Shown piece after piece: positions 37,704 to 49,000 of a DNA stretch of 64,000 bases. The stretch is from positions 354,948 through 418,947 of IMG/VR virus record IMGVR_UViG_3300021979_000001; one strand, given 5' to 3'. The notes under the pieces were generated by a model, which worked only from the letters and a program-made list of their open reading frames with translations, was not told where the DNA came from and did not search any database. How positions within the stretch are numbered: position 1 is the first letter of the stretch; the number at the start of each line of letters is the position of its first letter. The translations under genes and the position numbers were made by a program. Source of the stretch: a virus. Taxonomy: Duplodnaviria; Heunggongvirae; Uroviricota; Caudoviricetes.

Positions 37704-38918
37704 TTAATCAGTTACTCGATATACAAATGCGCTTCCACTAAGTGAAACCGCAGCAATCCAAGTAGTGGACAATGTTAAACCGTCGTAAGATGATAAACAT
37801 TTAGTAATAACTCGATAATTACCAGGTAACGGATTATCAATTTTTCTAATCTGTTCCCATGTTGATCCTGATTTTTTGAATATAATTACCGAAGTATCAC
37901 CATTCACATTACCAGCGAATACCGTTGTTCCGGCATCATCACATGACACACAACTTCCAAGTCTAAGTGATGTGGTTTCGGTATTTGCGGAGAACTTATT
38001 AATGCTATTCCACGACCCACCACTAAATGTCATTTCATGAATTTCCCCTTTTTGAGAATTTGCATATGGTTGACTAACAAATAATTTTGAGCCATCACTG
38101 TTAAGAGCAAGGTCATAACCAAATCTGATACCAGACATTAATGCGGGTAATGTAACAGTTTGTTGCTCCCAGGATGTTCCATTGTTATGATATACGTATA
38201 CTTTTCCAACCTTACTTAGTGAACTCACCGAATATTCAAAATCACCAATTGCAATAGTTGATCCGTCTTTACTCATAGTTAGAGGATCAAAACTAAATTC
38301 AGAATCATTTTCAACAGGGTCTAAGGTCGTCACATATGACCATGTTCCACCCGATTTTGAATACAGTTCTATGGTATATTCGCCAATAGCTTCTCGTGAT
38401 GACTTCACCGCAATAAGGGTTCCATCTGCCGAAATTTCAACCAGTCTACCAAACCCATCATAATTATGATATGTGGGTGAAACAAGTTCAACCGGCGACG
38501 ACCATGATGAACCGTTATATTCATAAACGAATGCCCCACCAGCGTTTGATCCATGAATATCAAGACGGCTTGCACCAACCACACATACTGTGCCATCTGA
38601 ATTTAATGCGACTGATTTACCAAAATCACTTGATGCCTCCAATTGTGGATTATCAAATTCACCAATAATGTTTGATGTCGCACCAGATACATCATAAATG
38701 GTAACCGATCCATACGCTTGTGTTAATGCCAGATTTTGTTTACCACCTATTGCGGTAACCAATCCGTTTCCAGAAATGGCCGAGCCATATCCGAACAACT
38801 CCCCGGTTATTGCATCGCCCGTATATTCAATTTGTGTTAACGAACGAAGCCACGCTGATAGTTTTACCGTTCGTGTTTTGATACCGCCAACCAGTTTCCC
38901 CGAAAATAAAAGACCCAT
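37704..38918 (-). CDS. FG-GAP-like repeat beta-propeller, probable virion/tail protein
   Basis: Repeats of FG.SVALNSDG....VG...G..YVY...G.SW. Confidence 0.75.
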   Translation of the reverse strand: MGLLFSGKLVGGIKTRTVKLSAWLRSLTQIEYTGDAITGELFGYGSAISGNGLVTAIGGKQNLALTQAYGSVTIYDVSGATSNIIGEFDNPQLEASSDFGKSVALNSDGTVCVVGASRLDIHGSNAGGAFVYEYNGSSWSSPVELVSPTYHNYDGFGRLVEISADGTLIAVKSSREAIGEYTIELYSKSGGTWSYVTTLDPVENDSEFSFDPLTMSKDGSTIAIGDFEYSVSSLSKVGKVYVYHNNGTSWEQQTVTLPALMSGIRFGYDLALNSDGSKLFVSQPYANSQKGEIHEMTFSGGSWNSINKFSANTETTSLRLGSCVSCDDAGTTVFAGNVNGDTSVIIFKKSGSTWEQIRKIDNPLPGNYRVITKCLSSYDGLTLSTTWIAAVSLSGSAFVYRVTD

Positions 38919-39006
38919 AGTATATATACTCCTATTAGTTAACTATGATACAATATTTATCCATATTTTCTATTATAAAATAAATATGTTTTACACTATA
39001 GTATAA

Positions 39007-39639
39007 CTAAAATATATTTTTTACCATATTAATCAACTTATCGAGTTCATCTTTTCGGACAATTGAATAACCTTGATTTGAAAGTAAATCCAAAATCATT
39101 TGTGGTTGATCGGTGTCTATTTTTTTAAATTTTTCAGGCAATTGATCCCATGTTCTAAGCAAGGGGTGTGTCTTATTTTCAAAATTTATTGTCGTGCCGT
39201 AAGTCCACCCATCGTCCTGGCGTTCCTTCATCCATGTGTCATGCTGTTTTTTCGCCCATGATGCGCATAACTCCATGTAACTATCATTTTCAATATCAAT
39301 TGTGTTGTTATTCATAACGGATACAGGCAGTTCACTTACTTCCAAATCGAAATCCAAATCAATAAATTCTTGTGAAAGCGTATCTGCTACTTTCGTTGAT
39401 TCTTTAGCACCCAGTGGGCGAGAGATTGGAATCATATAATAATTTTTGCCATTGATTATCCGATGAACCAGCGACACTCCTTTGAACTCACCATTATCAT
39501 CGGTTGAATGTGCGATTGAAAGCACACCAGCCGGACAAACATCATTGACACAATGATAAAATGCTTTCACTAATGATTTGTCCAATGGGGTATCAACGAC
39601 CAGCGTGATTTTGAAAAGAATATTAATTGGTGTGTTCAT
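39007..39639 (-). CDS. RyR-domain-containing protein
   Basis: AKKQHDTWMKER..DGWTYG......KTHPLL..WDQLPE..K. Confidence 0.8.
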   Translation of the reverse strand: MNTPINILFKITLVVDTPLDKSLVKAFYHCVNDVCPAGVLSIAHSTDDNGEFKGVSLVHRIINGKNYYMIPISRPLGAKESTKVADTLSQEFIDLDFDLEVSELPVSVMNNNTIDIENDSYMELCASWAKKQHDTWMKERQDDGWTYGTTINFENKTHPLLRTWDQLPEKFKKIDTDQPQMILDLLSNQGYSIVRKDELDKLINMVKNIF

Positions 39640-39651
39640 GTTATATTATCC

Positions 39652-40176
39652 TTATTGCTTCGTGCGTTCCAGTTTTTCCCGCCCACGTGTCCATGCAGCG
39701 GCACCGAGAATAGCCCCAAACGATATGTGAAATAGTCCGCTCTGCTGTAATGTTAACGGTTCCCATGTTCGACTTTGTTCCAGCACTTTTAATGCCTCTA
39801 CTTGGGCGGTTGGATTATCCAGTTGTGCTACTATCTTAACCATTTGATCCGGTGGCATTTTTGTATTAGCCCATTCGTTATAAGATGGCATTAATACAAA
39901 ATCGAAAACACAAATAAACAGGTAAACTGCCGCCGCTACCGGTCGCCAATGGGATGTCAACCAGGTCTCGTTATTTGCGGCTGGGTGAGCGGTAATTACA
40001 TCACCGCCGTAGGCAGCACCATAACCACCATAGCCACTGTAGCCCCCATTATAACCGCTCCCACCACCATTGTAACCACCACCATAACCTTTATTATGTG
40101 ATGGTCCGTATCGTGAGCCGTTATCTGGTGGGCAATCGGGATTATCTGGATTATCGGGACGCATAATTTTATACAA
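39652..40176 (-). CDS. holin-like membrane protein with a Gly/Tyr-rich N-terminus
   Basis: WRP...Y..IC.FDF...P and GLFHISFGAILG..AWTRG.EK. Located in the late block. Confidence 0.55.
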   Translation of the reverse strand: MYKIMRPDNPDNPDCPPDNGSRYGPSHNKGYGGGYNGGGSGYNGGYSGYGGYGAAYGGDVITAHPAANNETWLTSHWRPVAAAVYLFICVFDFVLMPSYNEWANTKMPPDQMVKIVAQLDNPTAQVEALKVLEQSRTWEPLTLQQSGLFHISFGAILGAAAWTRGREKLERTKQ

Positions 40177-41350
40177 TCATAATTTCAACAACGCCAAAAC
40201 CGTTGTCTGTTTTTTTATTTATTGCTCTACCTATTGCAGTATACGGCATTGGATTATCGGATGCCTGTGCATACCCAGGGCAAGCACTTGTCACTAACAA
40301 TTGTCCCGGATAAACGGTCCCTACTACTTTGCATGGAACTCTACCTTTAAGGGCAATTGCTGGGAAATAATCGTCAGAACCAGCAGATGCATTTAAAACA
40401 TGGGCGGGTTCGGTGGATATAACACCCGCAACTGATCTGCTATTTTCATGCGTGCTAATGGTAACTTCTTTATCGCCACCAAGAATCATTACGGTGCCCG
40501 GTTCATATATTGCATCGGCTTCATACCGTTCCGCAATGTCAGCGGCATGCATAGCAAAGGTAGCGGTCCCGACAAAATTTTCTGCATACACCGTAGAAAA
40601 ACTATTGGTATTTGAGCCAAGATTAATTGTGTTATTTGCATTTGGGATAACGTTTCCAGAAATCGTGCCACCGGACAATGGTAATTTGTCATCTAATTCT
40701 GGGACATCAACTGATAATGTAACATTTGACGACCCATCAATCGATACGGTTCCCGATGCGTCACCGGATAATGACAATGAAAATGGATTTGTAAGTTTAC
40801 TTGCGGTAGATGCATTACCTAAAAATGAGGGTGCTGAAATATTTCCGGTAAAATATGCAACCCCGTTTTCTGCATGAATAATCGCATCGGCCCCACCCGT
40901 TTCAGAAATCAAAGTTAGTTTTGTTTTTACTGAAACCCCGGTTGGGTCTACTCCTAACTTGCGTTGTCCCTGGATTGACACTCCAACGAAATCAACACCT
41001 GCGTAAATACCTTTAGACGGATCGCTATCATATGTAATACTGGGTTGCGATTCGGTTCCATCCGACATATAAAGTTTTGCGTTTTCTTCAAACAGAAGTG
41101 ATCCGGTGATCGTTCCACCGTCGATTTTTAAATAATCATTTAGGAACTCACCCATATATCCGAATGGACGCCATTCAAGATCACCGGCATCATTATGGGT
41201 ATACGTTTCAATTCGACCACTATCGCGACCAAAACGAATTGACCCAAGCATTGGGATTGTTGCATCACTGTTTGTTGACGGTAAAACGATTGACCGTCCT
41301 AAAACCACTAAATCACCCCCGGAGTGCCGAGTATCAATAATTCGCGTCAT
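40169..41350 (-). CDS. tail fibre-like protein with a C-terminal chaperone/peptidase G2-like domain
   Basis: FLGNASTASKL, LSGDASG.V.IDGS.NV, ADIAERY...PGTV...GG..EVT...IALKGRVPCKV. Confidence 0.75.
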   Translation of the reverse strand: MTRIIDTRHSGGDLVVLGRSIVLPSTNSDATIPMLGSIRFGRDSGRIETYTHNDAGDLEWRPFGYMGEFLNDYLKIDGGTITGSLLFEENAKLYMSDGTESQPSITYDSDPSKGIYAGVDFVGVSIQGQRKLGVDPTGVSVKTKLTLISETGGADAIIHAENGVAYFTGNISAPSFLGNASTASKLTNPFSLSLSGDASGTVSIDGSSNVTLSVDVPELDDKLPLSGGTISGNVIPNANNTINLGSNTNSFSTVYAENFVGTATFAMHAADIAERYEADAIYEPGTVMILGGDKEVTISTHENSRSVAGVISTEPAHVLNASAGSDDYFPAIALKGRVPCKVVGTVYPGQLLVTSACPGYAQASDNPMPYTAIGRAINKKTDNGFGVVEIMIV

Positions 41351-41456
41351 AACGTAATAAACCTGTTGTTTTAAGTATTTATTCACAAACAAAGAAGACG
41401 CGGCCTGCGCCGCGTCTTCATATTGTAGTTATAGTCCATTAGTCGTTATGATTGGA

Positions 41457-43934
41457 TTAACCAGCCAAATATTCAACGATGACTTTACCAGCACCGGTAG
41501 TAGCAGTTGATGCATCAGCAACAAGCTGCGTTGCAGTGTAATCCTGGGCAGCGTCTACAACGTAAATGCCGGTTGTTGCTTCATCAACATCGCTTGCCGA
41601 AGCAAGTTCATCGGTGGTAGCAGCAGAACCAACAGTAACGTCGCCATCAAATGCTGTGGTAACAATCACTTTAACACGCAGAACAGTTCCGGTAACAGTT
41701 GCACCAAGATTGACGCTCGAACCGGCAACCAGATCAACAACACGAGTTTTGACAGAACCAGAAACACTTGCGCTAACAGCGGACGAAACCGCGTCATCAA
41801 CATAAGTTTTATTGGTAGCATCACCACCCGATGTTGGAGCAGCAACGTTAACAACACGTGTATCTGAAACATCAACAACACCGTCGCCTTTTGGTGCAAG
41901 TGTGAGATTGATGTCTGTTTCAGTTCCCGCCGCACCCAAAGTAACGGATGTGGTGCCGTTTGTTGCAGTAACATAACCGGTTGCAGAAGCCGAACCCAGG
42001 AAAGTCATGACAGCTTGACTATCAGCATCCTGAATTTCAACAACGCCATCCGTGCCAGAACCGTTACCACCACGAAGAATGATATTACCTGCATCACCAG
42101 CAGCGTTATCACCACCAGCAAGAGTCAGATCGTAACCGTCTTCGGCCTGAATGAAACCGGCACCGGCATCACCGATAATAACCTGACCAGCACCCTGTGG
42201 GACAAGGCGAATATCAACGTCATCAGCGGTTCCAGAAATTGCTTCAACTCGGACTTCACCAGCAGTGCCAAGATCAATCTGGAAGTTCGAATCTTGTGTA
42301 TCACTGGTAACGATGTCACCGACTTTAGTTTTGGTTCCGTCTACGTCACCGTAGAACTCAATCGCCCCATCAGCAGCTTTAACACTGGTCAGGGTATCAG
42401 CCGAAACGATTTCATCTGATGACAAACCGTCCAGACTATCAACAACAGCTTTAATCTGTGTGTCAAGTGCAAGGTCAGCAGCACGGAATGATGTGGTTGA
42501 ATCAAGGTAGTTCGAACCAGAAATTGTAGTGTAATCATCACCTGAAACACCAAGAGCAGTGTTCAAGTCGTCAATGCGACCACCAAGTGCGGTATCGGCA
42601 TCGGCGCGATCAGATGATTCTGACAGAATATCCGCAGCATTACCAGATACAGCGGAGTCAAGAGCGGTCAGCGCATCTACGATAGTAGTTGCGGAACCAA
42701 GATAATCGGTGCCAGTGAACGATGCCAGAGTGCCATCTGTTTCAAGACCAACCGCAGTTTCGATTGCATCGATTTCAGTCTGCAAGCCAGTTGCACTTGA
42801 ATCTTCTTCGAGAGCAACAACACGAGCCTTGAACGCCGCATCAATATCAACGGTGTAACCGGTATCAGAAGAACCAGTAACCGAAACATAATCAGTGGTG
42901 CCAAGAACAACGGAGTTGGTGTTGTCGATAACATCCCAGCCATCACCAGAATTTTTAACAAGACCATCGTTTGCGTTAGCATAAATGCTTACGGTTTCTT
43001 CGGACCCGTTAACATACTTGAAGTAACCAGAAGTAGAAACCTTGTAGTAATCACCGGCATCTTTACCACCAGCAGACAGACCATCAAGATCAAATGCATT
43101 TTCTTCATCAACGCCACCAGCAAGGTTGGAGACATAATTGAATGCATTACCAAGACCATTAATAGCAGTGTCAACATACAATTTGGTTGATGCATCGGCA
43201 TCGTTTGTTGGGGCAGCAAGGCCAGTCAGCTTAAAGCCGCCCATATCCTGATCACCAGTAAATGCTACTGATCCGTCTTTCTTAATGACTTCGCCATCAA
43301 GAGTATCAATGTTACCCTGTAATGTGGTATCTGCATCCGCACGGTCTGATGCTTCTGAAAGAATATCAGCAGCATTGCCAGAAACCGCAGTATCAAGGGC
43401 AGTCAGCGCATCTACGATAGTAGTTGCGGAACCAAGATAATCGGTGCCAGTGAACGATGCCAGGGTGCCGTCTGTTTCGAGACCAACCGCAGTTTCAATT
43501 GCATCGATTTCAGTCTGCAAGCCAGCAGTATCATTACCTTCAAGCGTTGTAACGCGATCCGATACAGCCTGTAATGCGGTATCAAGTAATGTGTCCGCAT
43601 TGAAAAGTGATGTTGCGGTATCGATGTAGTTTGCAGATTCCGATGCGGTATACGCACCGTCGGTGCCAAGCCCAGCGCCAGTCTGTGTTGCATCAACTTC
43701 ACCTTGTAGTGAAGTGATAATGCCATCAAGCGTTGAGGTCGCAGTATCAACATAGTCTTTGGTTGATGCATCGTTAGCAGATGTTGGTGTTGCGATCTGA
43801 ATACGAGCAAATGCACTATCTGCCGCATCACGAACCGAGAAAACACCGCCAGTCTGGGTCAGCTTTGCGCCGCCTTTACCAAACTGAACATTACTACCTA
43901 CACCAACAAGACCAAAATTTTTAATATTCGCCAT
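41457..43934 (-). CDS. acidic virion structural/fibre protein
   Basis: 825 aa with DA.TK.YVD motifs, heptad segments and an internal 66-aa repeat. ATAAATA upstream. Confidence 0.75.
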   Translation of the reverse strand: MANIKNFGLVGVGSNVQFGKGGAKLTQTGGVFSVRDAADSAFARIQIATPTSANDASTKDYVDTATSTLDGIITSLQGEVDATQTGAGLGTDGAYTASESANYIDTATSLFNADTLLDTALQAVSDRVTTLEGNDTAGLQTEIDAIETAVGLETDGTLASFTGTDYLGSATTIVDALTALDTAVSGNAADILSEASDRADADTTLQGNIDTLDGEVIKKDGSVAFTGDQDMGGFKLTGLAAPTNDADASTKLYVDTAINGLGNAFNYVSNLAGGVDEENAFDLDGLSAGGKDAGDYYKVSTSGYFKYVNGSEETVSIYANANDGLVKNSGDGWDVIDNTNSVVLGTTDYVSVTGSSDTGYTVDIDAAFKARVVALEEDSSATGLQTEIDAIETAVGLETDGTLASFTGTDYLGSATTIVDALTALDSAVSGNAADILSESSDRADADTALGGRIDDLNTALGVSGDDYTTISGSNYLDSTTSFRAADLALDTQIKAVVDSLDGLSSDEIVSADTLTSVKAADGAIEFYGDVDGTKTKVGDIVTSDTQDSNFQIDLGTAGEVRVEAISGTADDVDIRLVPQGAGQVIIGDAGAGFIQAEDGYDLTLAGGDNAAGDAGNIILRGGNGSGTDGVVEIQDADSQAVMTFLGSASATGYVTATNGTTSVTLGAAGTETDINLTLAPKGDGVVDVSDTRVVNVAAPTSGGDATNKTYVDDAVSSAVSASVSGSVKTRVVDLVAGSSVNLGATVTGTVLRVKVIVTTAFDGDVTVGSAATTDELASASDVDEATTGIYVVDAAQDYTATQLVADASTATTGAGKVIVEYLAG
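42591..43525. repeat. 200-bp intragenic direct repeat (42591-42790 / 43326-43525)
   Basis: Encodes GLQTEIDAIETAVG...DRADADT twice. The central ~60 bp are identical and the flanks differ mostly at synonymous sites. Confidence 0.85.
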
Positions 43935-44086
43935 ACTGTTCTATCTCCTATAGGAACAATTTATTTTTAGAAGGCCACGAGTAAAATGCCACATCTCATA
44001 ATATACAAGATATGGCACTCTAACTCATAATTATTTATTTAGTTATTTAGCGAATAATCTTCATACGTAATTAATAACAATGGTTT

Positions 44087-46051
44087 TTAATTGTAACTAA
44101 TTGTAATACGAACTTTTCCACTAGTAGATGATCCAGGATTGAATGAATATTTCAAATAAACATCAGTTCCCGCATCATAAGTATGCGTCGGTGTTGTTGT
44201 ATACTCGCCGATTACACTCAAATCATTTTCATCAGCATTCATTAAACGTTCCATGTCATCATCATCACCAACAGTAATAGTTGCATTGTCATCGTTGAAT
44301 ACTTCATCAACAGAAACAGTAACGAAATTAATTCGTGAACCATTTCCGACTTCACCCAGTGTTCCAACTTCATCAGATGAAATTGTTAAATCAACAAAAT
44401 ATGTATCACTATCCACTTTTGCTGTTTCTTCGGATGCAATCATTACCCATTCTGATCCATTGTAAAGATACACACCCCATTCATCATCTCCTTTATCAAG
44501 AACATATGCTTGATCACCTAACATTACATCAAGTGCGTCTCTAGATGCAATATTCGCGACAACATATGTTGTTGCTTGTCTGATACCTTGTTCAATATAA
44601 AGGGACGCGGCTTTAATACCATTCTCTGACGAAAACAGTCCTAGATCAGATAATGTTGTTCCAGTGACATCTACTAAATTAATTGCACGGGCATCATCTG
44701 CTTCAAGATGAACATATGTATTTGTTGATGCTCCGGTGCTTAACGGTAATCCTGATGCCGATCCTGTTCCAGCAAAGGAAGTTCCATTTGTGTCCAATGT
44801 TCCGTTAACAATCGTAATTGACCCACCACTTGTTTCAGTAATAACCAATTTACCATCACTGGTAGACGCCACAATATTAGGAATATTCGCTGCATTAATA
44901 TCAACAGCCATGTCTTCCTCAACGGCCAATTCAATACCATACTGCGAGAAACCGGTAGCAAATGTAGTGAATGTAACCGATACCCCATTGATTGTTGCCG
45001 TTGCGTTTGGTCCGGCAGATGGTGCATATATTGCCGGTTCCCCATAGGCCATGCTTAATGATGATTCAATTACCGTTGGTGCAACAACAGACGATGCTGT
45101 AACACCATGACTCGATGTTTCCGTGTTAACTGCATTGATAAAATCAAGACTTGACCCACCAGATAATGTAAGTTCAACACCATTGACTGAAAACTTATTT
45201 CCACTGGATGTTGTGCCACCTGCTACTGATCCGGTTACAGTGGATTTCGTGAAATCACGAATTTTCATCATAACCGGAGTTGGGCCAGGTGTTGTTGTCA
45301 GATTACCGGCATTTGCCGAGTCCGCATAAAGAATATCACCAACATTACCTGGTAAATAATCGTTATTATCGAGAACCTTTTGAATTGGGTTAATCATAAA
45401 CATGTTCGGACCAAGACCGGTATAACTAACGGTTCCCACCATTTGTGGGTGATCTGAATCGGTTGCAACAAAAGTATTGGTTTCAGGATCAACCGAAATT
45501 ACTTGCCCATCGAAAAACCCATGATTTTCTTTTTCCAATGTAAAATTGACATCTGCTTCCAAATTTTGAAAACGAGAAGTCAGATTGGCAAAGAATACCG
45601 AACTCACACCACTTGATGGAATTGGGTCAATCACGGGAAGTCCATCTTCATTAACTTCAAAGATAATAACAAATGCCGGAATGGAAAAAATACCTTTACC
45701 ATTACCTGTCGTATTTCGGAAAGTATTGTAACGCAATGTATCTTCAACCATGCACTTCAAATGTGTGTCAGATTTTTCAATAACATTGATAATTTTCAGC
45801 GCAACACCGGTTGAAATATTGGCAACATAATCACCAACATTAACGTCCATGCCGTTAAATGCCTTTGGTTTACGTGTTGTTGTGCTGGAATGTGTCTGTT
45901 CGGTCACATCAATATCGATTATCCATCGATAATCGGAGGGCGTAGCGCCCCCCGACCAATAAGGTGAACCATCATCGTAGGGCCACGCCCCGGCACCTGC
46001 CGAAGCAGACACAGCACCAGGGATGACTTTTGCAGGAATGTCGATATACAT
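44087..46051 (-). CDS. probable virion structural protein
   Basis: 654 aa, Thr/Ser/Gly-rich, in the structural operon. Confidence 0.7.
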   Translation of the reverse strand: MYIDIPAKVIPGAVSASAGAGAWPYDDGSPYWSGGATPSDYRWIIDIDVTEQTHSSTTTRKPKAFNGMDVNVGDYVANISTGVALKIINVIEKSDTHLKCMVEDTLRYNTFRNTTGNGKGIFSIPAFVIIFEVNEDGLPVIDPIPSSGVSSVFFANLTSRFQNLEADVNFTLEKENHGFFDGQVISVDPETNTFVATDSDHPQMVGTVSYTGLGPNMFMINPIQKVLDNNDYLPGNVGDILYADSANAGNLTTTPGPTPVMMKIRDFTKSTVTGSVAGGTTSSGNKFSVNGVELTLSGGSSLDFINAVNTETSSHGVTASSVVAPTVIESSLSMAYGEPAIYAPSAGPNATATINGVSVTFTTFATGFSQYGIELAVEEDMAVDINAANIPNIVASTSDGKLVITETSGGSITIVNGTLDTNGTSFAGTGSASGLPLSTGASTNTYVHLEADDARAINLVDVTGTTLSDLGLFSSENGIKAASLYIEQGIRQATTYVVANIASRDALDVMLGDQAYVLDKGDDEWGVYLYNGSEWVMIASEETAKVDSDTYFVDLTISSDEVGTLGEVGNGSRINFVTVSVDEVFNDDNATITVGDDDDMERLMNADENDLSVIGEYTTTPTHTYDAGTDVYLKYSFNPGSSTSGKVRITISYN

Positions 46052-46063
46052 TTAGTTTCCTTA

Positions 46064-49000
46064 TTAAAATTTAAACATGATCGCACATTGTGCGCGTTGC
46101 TGGAAACCAGCACCCGCACCAGTATCCATCATACGAAGTTGAATAGTGAACCGTGAGAAGTTACCCATATATGTTGTGTTATCCCATGTTCCACCGGCCA
46201 ATACTTTACGTGTGTCAAACGATGTTGTGACGTTGGTATAAACCAGTTCATTCGTGGCAGTAACATGTCCCATAACCGCGATGGCGATTGGTGGGAATGC
46301 ATGCCCGGTAAAGTTAAATTCTACAATACAATTGGATGCATCGAGAATATTTACTTCAACACCGGATGATGTTGTTAATACTGGATCAGCAACATCAAAC
46401 GTCCCACCAGCACCAGATGAATAACGGAAAACAACAAATTCATTTTGTTCAACGTTTGATGATCCACCCGGAACCGTGACGGTTGTTACACCATCTTCAT
46501 CGGTGACCGTAACACCGTTACCAACGAAGTTAAGGGTATCAGCCAATGAAACAACTTCGGTTCCTTCATCCTGAACCGCAATCCCACCAGAACCACCGGT
46601 TCCATTTGAAATTTCGGTTATACGACCTTTACTATCAACCGTAACATTTGCGTTTGTATAAGAACCGGATGTTACGCCGGTTTCGGACAGTGACGTAATA
46701 ATCGAAGTTGTGCCAGAACCAGTAATGTCACCCGAAAGAGTGGTTGTTTGATTTGCAGTCAGGTAACTCACATTGGATGCAGCAGTTACACGACCTTTTG
46801 CATCAACCGTAACATTATTATAGGTTCCACCAGTAACACCCGTATCCGTAAGACCAATAATAAATGTTCCTTCGGTTGTCACCGGACCACCCGTCACACT
46901 AACATCACTTGTTCCAGCAGCATCAACCGATGTTACCGTTCCCGTGCCCGCTAATCCCGATGCATCGATAGTGATGGTGTTTGTGCCTTCAACCAGGGTG
47001 ATGTTTTCGCCTGCAACAAGTGATTTAAATTGCAAATCAACATCAGCTTTTGCTTTGAAAATGCCAGCACCGGTGCCAACATTCGAAGCAGTATTGATTT
47101 CACCATAGTTTTCATTTGTTGCATCGGTAATACGACCATATGGATCAACAGTAACACTGTTGTATGTTCCAGCTTCAACACCGGTTTCGGACAGGCTGAT
47201 TTCAATTTCACCAGTATCCGTAATCGGGCTACCGGCAATTTCAATACCATTATACCCAGATGCAGCGACCGAATGAACTGTGCCATAATCAACAAGCGTT
47301 GCCGCAGTCACACGACCTTGTGCATTAACCGTTAAACGATTATATGTTCCAGCAGTAACACCTGTATTAGCAAGACCAATTGATAATGTCCCGCTTTCAG
47401 TAATCGGACTACCAACAACAGTAATACCATTGCTACCTGTAGCTGCAACCGACGTTACTGTTCCAGTGGCAGAACCAGCAAGTGCATCAATCAAGATAAC
47501 ACCGTTTGATTCCGTAATGGTAACACCATCACCACCCGTTAAGGATTTAAATTCCAAATCAGCATCAGTTTTCTGATAAAAGACACCTACCCCGCCAGAA
47601 ACGTTCGATGCTGTATTAACTTCGCCGACACCAGTAACAGTTGCAGTCGATGTAATGGTAATCTCGCCTGTTTCGGAATCTTCTGTAACAGTAATATTAT
47701 CACCGGCAACAATGGATTTAAACTGTAATTCATCCAGTTCTTTGCCCGCGTAAATACCAGTGCCATCACCGAGATTGCGACCATTGCTAATATCACCATA
47801 AACAACGTTTGTTGCAGAAATCACACGACCTTGTTGATTAACCGACACTTTATTATATGTGCCCGGCGTAACCGCAGTATCATCCAGTGTAACGGTAAAT
47901 GTCCCAGTATTAGTGATTGGTCCACCAGTTACGGAAATACCACCAGCACCTTCTGCATCCACGCTATAAACGGGAGATGGACCAGACGCAGCATATGTAA
48001 TGCGACCGTAATCATCAACAGTGATAGAAGCAATATCATAACTTCCCGCAGTCACCCCGGTTGTTTTTGCATCAATCTCTATGCTGTTTGTTGTTTCTGT
48101 TAATTCAATGACATCGCCACCCAGTAACGACTTGAAATGTAATTCAGCATTTACTTTGTTTTTGAATACACCAACACCAGACCCGTCATTTACACCGACG
48201 TTAACTTCACCCGAATCCAATGGATTTTCAACAATTTCGGTAATACGACCATACTGATCAACCGTCACCGTTGGGATATTATATGTCCCGGCTGTTACCC
48301 CAGACTGATCTAGAGCAACGGTGAAATTTGTATCATTATCTTCATCGACACTGGAAACATCCATCCCGGCACCAGCGGTTATCGTGGTTGTATGACCAAG
48401 AGATGGTGCGCTAATTGTAAGTGTGGTTCCATTGTCGGATATACCAATCCCGCTACCAGGAACCAGTGATTTAAACTGTAAATTTGTTCCCGATTTCTGA
48501 TAATATGTTCCAAATCCACCAGTGCCAACATTTGATGCGGTATTTGCTTCACCAATAGGTTGAACGGTAGCCGCAGTCACACGACCTTGTGCATTGACGG
48601 TTAAGCTATTATACGTTCCAGGCGTAACGCCAGTAGAAGACAAACTTACGTTAAAACTACCGGAATCAGTGATGGTTGTATCACCACTAACCGTAATACC
48701 ATTTGTTCCAGTAACACCAACCGATGAAACACTCGCGGGAGTTGATATAACAATTTCAGTAACATCTTGTGTTATTTCAATGTTATCACCAGCAACGATG
48801 CTGCGTAATTGATATGGTGTTGTTCCCGTGCGGTATACTGTTGCACCACTACCAACATTTGAAATGGTGTTAGATTGCATCGCAGTTACACGACCATATG
48901 AATCAACCGTGACCGATGGGTAATGATATGTGCCAGATGTTACGCCAGTAGCAGATAATCCAATCGCGAAGTTACCCGTTGTGGTGATTGGACCACCGGA

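Noticed and set aside
42591-43525. Diversity-generating retroelement TR/VR pair
   Set aside because: The differences are mostly synonymous and not adenine-specific, both copies are in one ORF, and there is no reverse transcriptase in the window.
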